64,000 nucleotides of DNA from Dehalococcoidia bacterium (GTDB lineage: Bacteria; Chloroflexota; Dehalococcoidia; Bin125): contig DAOUKQ010000005.1 in assembly GCA_034421135.1 (NCBI GenBank), forward strand, positions 5,408 through 69,407. The letters run 5' to 3'. A model generated the notes under the pieces. The model had not been told where the DNA came from, did not search any database, and saw nothing but the letters and a program-made list of their open reading frames with translations. Below are positions 60,155 to 64,000 of the stretch, piece after piece. The position numbers were made by a program, and so were the translations under genes. Position 1 is the first letter of the stretch. Each line of letters opens with the position of its first letter.

Positions 60155-60160
60155 ATGGTA
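60155..60160 (-). promoter_or_regulatory. -10 hexamer TACCAT 6 nt before the cmk ATG (leaderless-type start)
   Basis: TACCAT-gtggcc-ATG. Confidence 0.45.
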
Positions 60161-60172
60161 ATGGCGCGACGC

Positions 60173-60952
60173 TTATGACTCGGTATCGGAGGCGTCGCCG
60201 TCGAGTCCTGCGGCGCGGCGCAGCAGACGAATTTCTCGCCGGCTCAATGGTCGCGACTTGCCAACCGGCAGGTCCCGCAGCAGGAGCGGTCCGAAGCGGA
60301 CCCGCTGAAGTGCCACGACCGGATGTCCAATCGCCTCGCACAAACGACGGACCTCGCGCTTGCGTCCGGTGTGCAGCGTGAGCGTGAGCCACGATGTGCG
60401 GGCCCGGTTGTCCAGACGTCGACCGGGCCTGCGGGATCGCGCCGGTTTCGCCTGGAGCCGATCGCCGTCGTCGACCAGCCCCTCGTTGATCCGGTCCAGT
60501 TGCGCGTCGGTCGGGGATCCAATCACTTCGGCCAGGTACACGCGCTGGACCTCGCTCGACGGATGCAGCAAGCCGGTGACCAGCGGTCCGTCGTTGGTCA
60601 GCAGGATCAACCCTTCGCTGTCGAGATCGAGGCGCCCGACCGGTACGCATCGCGGTGCGTTGGCTGGTAGCAGGTCGATCACGGTGTCCCGGCCTCGGTC
60701 GTCGCGAGCGGTTGAGAGCACGCCGCTGGGTTTGTTCAAGGCGTAGTAACGAAGCGGCTCGCTTGCCGGCAACGGCTTGCCGTCGAGGGTGATTTGTTGC
60801 TCTTGCGGATCGACCCGCTGGGACAGGTCGGTCGTGATCGCCCCATCAACCGCCACGCGGCGCGCTCGCACGAGCGCTTCCGCTCCACGCCGCGAGGCGA
60901 CGCCGCTGCGAGCGATGGCCACTGAAATGCGGATGCGGTCGGAGTCGATCAT
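60173..60952 (-). CDS. Pseudouridine synthase, RluB/RsuA family
   Basis: S4 domain (SGVASRRGAE), LNKPSG, VGRLDLDSEGL and GRKREVRR. Confidence 0.93.
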   Translation of the reverse strand: MIDSDRIRISVAIARSGVASRRGAEALVRARRVAVDGAITTDLSQRVDPQEQQITLDGKPLPASEPLRYYALNKPSGVLSTARDDRGRDTVIDLLPANAPRCVPVGRLDLDSEGLILLTNDGPLVTGLLHPSSEVQRVYLAEVIGSPTDAQLDRINEGLVDDGDRLQAKPARSRRPGRRLDNRARTSWLTLTLHTGRKREVRRLCEAIGHPVVALQRVRFGPLLLRDLPVGKSRPLSRREIRLLRRAAGLDGDASDTES

Positions 60953-63429
60953 CGTCGGTGATCCTCGGCATCGTCGTTGATTTCCAGCTCGGCGGAGGGT
61001 AACTCGGTGGACGGCGGACCAGTGAACTCAGCGGGCTCGGGTGGCGAGTCTTCCTCCTGCTGCGGAGGCTGCCAGCGTCGCACTGAAAGCGTGAGGATGA
61101 TGCCGATCAGGGCGAAACTGACGATCATCCAGGCATTGACGCCGCCCTCCGGCTGCGCCGCAACGACCGGCAGCCTGCCTTCGTCCGAGATTGGCTGCCT
61201 GATCGCGGCTGCGCGATACGCATCTTCGATCAGCGGGACCACGCGATCAGTCCCGGGCGACGGCTGCGCCGTCACGACCCAGCGGGCGGGATCGAGGGCG
61301 AGCGAAAGCCCGGCGCCCGGTGCGGGAAGCTCGTCGCTTCCGTACTCGATCCGGTCCACTTCGCGATCATCCGCGTCGAAGAGGGCGATCGTATCGGCGT
61401 CGTTGTTGAGACCATTGCCGATCCGGTCCACGACCAACGCACGAGCGTCGCTGTCCAGCGGCGATGAACTGACGACCAGGCGTCCGCGCGCCGGAATGAC
61501 GCCGGACAGTTCGGTGCGTCGGGAGAGGTCGCCGATGCTCCAGCCGTCGAGGTCGATGGGGGCGTCGCCCGGATTGAATAGTTCAACCCATTCCGGCTGA
61601 CCGGACAGCGGCGCGGGAAGAATCTCCGTCATCCTGAGGACCTGTGGCGGGGTGATGGTCTCAGCCGACGACTGCTCCTCCGCTTCCTCGTCCGGAGTCG
61701 CGGATTCGGTTGCCGCCGGAGCGTCGATGGCGTCGGCCTGCGTCTGCTGCTGTGGCTCGACGTTCGCTGCGATTTCGCCTGGAGCGGGATCCGCGATGGT
61801 CGCGGCGGCGGTGGGCGAGTTGCGCTGCATCGATTGGCCGGCGTCGGGCGCGGCAACGGCGTCGTAGGTCCTGTCGTCGCCCCAACTGATTGCACTGACG
61901 ACCAGTCCTGCGGGATTGATCAGGCGCAGTTGATCTCCCGAGTTGGCCAGACCATTGCCGATCCGGCCGTCGGCGATCAGGGGAACCAGGGATTCGCCTG
62001 CGACCTCGGTGGTCGCGGTGGCGACGCCGATGACCGCCGACTGCCCCGCTTCGATCACGAGTCCATCCAACGGGTCGGAGGATGTGTTGTCGGCAATCGT
62101 CCAGCCGGTCAGATCGATCGGTCGATCACCTGCGTTGGTGAGCTCGAACCACTCGTGTTGGGCATCGTTGCGGCCCTGTCCGGCGTTGGGCAGGACTTCG
62201 CTGATCCAGACGACGGATTCCTCAGCGTCCTGAGTGTCCTGTGAACCGGTTGAATCGGCCCGCTCTCGCTCCCGATCGTAGGCAATCGGCTCAGCCAGTA
62301 AGGAGACACTCCCGTGACTGCCGTTACCGACGTGCGCGCGGACGGTTGCGCTCGGCGGAGGGTGCGTGGGGGGCTTGGGGTGTATCCGGGCGAGCGGATC
62401 GAATCGCAGTTCCCGACCGGCAAGCGGCGACGGCAATCGGTGGAATGTCCGGTCGGCGCCCCAACTCGCGGTCGCGAGCCAGTTGCCGTGTTGGTCGCGC
62501 AGCACGAGATGTCCGCCGCTGCGTGAGATCCCGGCGCCAATCTGACCCTTGGGGCCGGTAATCGTGAACGATTCGCCTGGTTGAATGCGCACGGATCGGA
62601 GCCTGACCAACGACGCGCCGGCGGTGAGCGTCCAGTTGATGGTACGCACCGGCTCCGGTGAGACGTTGCGTATCGTGACCGACTCGGACTGATCGTCGAT
62701 CGGGTCGATCAGCGCCGAGACGAATTGCAGACGGGTGTCGGGCGGGTCGTGCCGGTACCGCTCCGGAAATGCGGACGCGGCTTCGTCGACGGTCCAGGGC
62801 GTGAGCGTGTCAGCGACGCGCTGGTAGCCGCGCATCGTCCTGACGATCGATTGGCGCGGGTTGGGCGGATCCATGTAGGAGGGAGTTCGCACGTCGCCCC
62901 AACTCACGGCGTCGTAGCGGATGCCGCGCGGATCGATCAGCGCGACGCGGTCGCCGCTATTGCGCAGCCCGCTGCCGATCGCGGGCGTATCGAGAACGAT
63001 CAGCGTTCCGCCTGGAGGCACGTGCATCTCGGCCGAGCTGCCGGTGATCAGGACTACGCCTCCGGGTTCTATGACGTAACCGGGCAATCTGGCGATCGCC
63101 TGCGCATCTTCAATGCTCCAGCCGTCCAAGCTGACGCGATATGGTCCCAGATTGAGAATCTCGACCCACTCATGAGCTTCGGCCGGCGTGCCGTCGGGAA
63201 CCGCGATGGGATGCACTTCGCTGATGATCAGTCGGGGCAATCTGGGGAATTCCGTAGCGGATGCAGAACGATGCTCGTACCCGAGTGAGAACAGTAGGAG
63301 GCCGATGGTGAGCGAGAGGAGGAGGTTAGGAGAGGACAGTGACTCGACGGCGAACCGTCGTCTGCTCTTCAACGAGGATCGTTTGCTTGTGCTGCGGCGC
63401 CGGGGCGATGATCTGCCGCGCGGAATCAA
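60949..63429 (-). CDS. Surface protein with four lamin-tail domains and C-terminal TM anchor (start uncertain)
   Basis: Repeats of I.EV.P...EW.EL.N......L.GW.I.D and IG.GL.N.GD...L, an N-terminal signal-like segment, and C-terminal AWMIVSFALIGIILTLSV-RR. Confidence 0.82.
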   Translation of the reverse strand: MIPRGRSSPRRRSTSKRSSLKSRRRFAVESLSSPNLLLSLTIGLLLFSLGYEHRSASATEFPRLPRLIISEVHPIAVPDGTPAEAHEWVEILNLGPYRVSLDGWSIEDAQAIARLPGYVIEPGGVVLITGSSAEMHVPPGGTLIVLDTPAIGSGLRNSGDRVALIDPRGIRYDAVSWGDVRTPSYMDPPNPRQSIVRTMRGYQRVADTLTPWTVDEAASAFPERYRHDPPDTRLQFVSALIDPIDDQSESVTIRNVSPEPVRTINWTLTAGASLVRLRSVRIQPGESFTITGPKGQIGAGISRSGGHLVLRDQHGNWLATASWGADRTFHRLPSPLAGRELRFDPLARIHPKPPTHPPPSATVRAHVGNGSHGSVSLLAEPIAYDRERERADSTGSQDTQDAEESVVWISEVLPNAGQGRNDAQHEWFELTNAGDRPIDLTGWTIADNTSSDPLDGLVIEAGQSAVIGVATATTEVAGESLVPLIADGRIGNGLANSGDQLRLINPAGLVVSAISWGDDRTYDAVAAPDAGQSMQRNSPTAAATIADPAPGEIAANVEPQQQTQADAIDAPAATESATPDEEAEEQSSAETITPPQVLRMTEILPAPLSGQPEWVELFNPGDAPIDLDGWSIGDLSRRTELSGVIPARGRLVVSSSPLDSDARALVVDRIGNGLNNDADTIALFDADDREVDRIEYGSDELPAPGAGLSLALDPARWVVTAQPSPGTDRVVPLIEDAYRAAAIRQPISDEGRLPVVAAQPEGGVNAWMIVSFALIGIILTLSVRRWQPPQQEEDSPPEPAEFTGPPSTELPSAELEINDDAEDHRR

Positions 63430-63610
63430 TCAACGCTGGTGCAGCATACCGAGCGGTGAATTCGGCGACCGCCGCCGCAGCGAGGATGCCGGCGACGCTG
63501 CGGATGGCGGGGATGAACGGCTGCAGATCCTCGCGAATGGCCGGCAGCAGCGCGGTTGGCCTCGGTTCAACGATGGTCGGCGTCAGCACGGGGACATCGT
63601 GATCGTCCAT
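63326..63610 (-). CDS. Hypothetical protein
   Basis: 94 aa with GC-rich third codon positions. TATGAT 6 nt before the ATG. Confidence 0.6.
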   Translation of the reverse strand: MDDHDVPVLTPTIVEPRPTALLPAIREDLQPFIPAIRSVAGILAAAAVAEFTARYAAPALIDSARQIIAPAPQHKQTILVEEQTTVRRRVTVLS

Positions 63611-63616
63611 GCCGCG

Positions 63617-63622
63617 ATCATA
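63617..63622 (-). promoter_or_regulatory. -10 hexamer TATGAT 6 nt before ATG 63610 (leaderless-type start)
   Basis: TATGAT-cgcggc-ATG. Confidence 0.5.
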
Positions 63623-63687
63623 GAGTTAATGGCCTACGCAGGTATACAGTTCGTGCACACTGTCCACATTTGACATAACGGAACATC

Positions 63688-64000
63688 CTACGCCTGCCGA
63701 TTCCCAAACTCTGCCTCCACAAGCTGCGTGATCTCCGCTCCCGATGAGATGGAATCGGGACCGGGAATCGAGGCAATCCCGCCCGCAATGGCGCGCAGCG
63801 ACTCGATCACGAAGATCGGCTCGCGGCTGACGCCCGCCTCGCGGATCGCCTGAAAGAGCGGCGTCTCCTCCGCCGAGTTGTCGCCGTACTGCTCCCACAA
63901 CGCATCGAACTGCGGACCGCGAATCGTGTACTGGGCCCAGGTCGCGGTCGGCCCGCGATCCAGCTCGGTCGTAACCCGTTGCAGCACCATGCCCGACCGA
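63688..64000 (-). CDS. C-terminal part of a hypothetical protein (5' end probably beyond the window)
   Basis: The frame is open from the window edge to TAG at 63688. No recognisable motif. Confidence 0.55.
   Translation of the reverse strand, partial: RSGMVLQRVTTELDRGPTATWAQYTIRGPQFDALWEQYGDNSAEETPLFQAIREAGVSREPIFVIESLRAIAGGIASIPGPDSISSGAEITQLVEAEFGNRQA

Overview
This is a high-GC bacterial chromosomal window with about 55 CDS. It most likely comes from Chloroflexota (Dehalococcoidia/SAR202-like). That placement is an inference from gene content: four F420-type redox enzymes, an Ltp2-like/DUF35 pair, a TM-extended YvcK, and RpoD with a large non-conserved insert. Core genes include HU, xth, fumC, mdh, aconitase, pccB-like, rplY, rlmN, fmt, secG, gatB, dnaG-rpoD, ppsA, ppc, glmS, ispH, plsC, cmk and rluB. 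Catabolic accessory genes are interspersed, along with surface proteins (LysM, M28, Ig/CARDB, 4x lamin-tail domain) and one solitary MmeI-like type IIL restriction-methyltransferase. I found no rRNA, tRNA, CRISPR array, integrase or transposase. Signals worth follow-up: (1) a family of REP/BoxC-like palindromes in REPIN-like doublets, one with a second hairpin module nested inside it; (2) a canonical promoter whose predicted start coincides with a leaderless 17-aa uORF overlapping the dnaG start; (3) repeated TANNNT-(5-7 nt)-ATG leaderless starts; (4) a PEP carboxylase with GGDADGNP instead of GGDRDGNP; (5) an orphan Pycsar-effector-like membrane protein coupled to a cupin; (6) an RpoD with a ~290-aa basic N-terminal extension. 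No single unmistakably novel multi-gene system is demonstrable from sequence alone. Start codons were re-chosen by eye where the ORF track over-extends.
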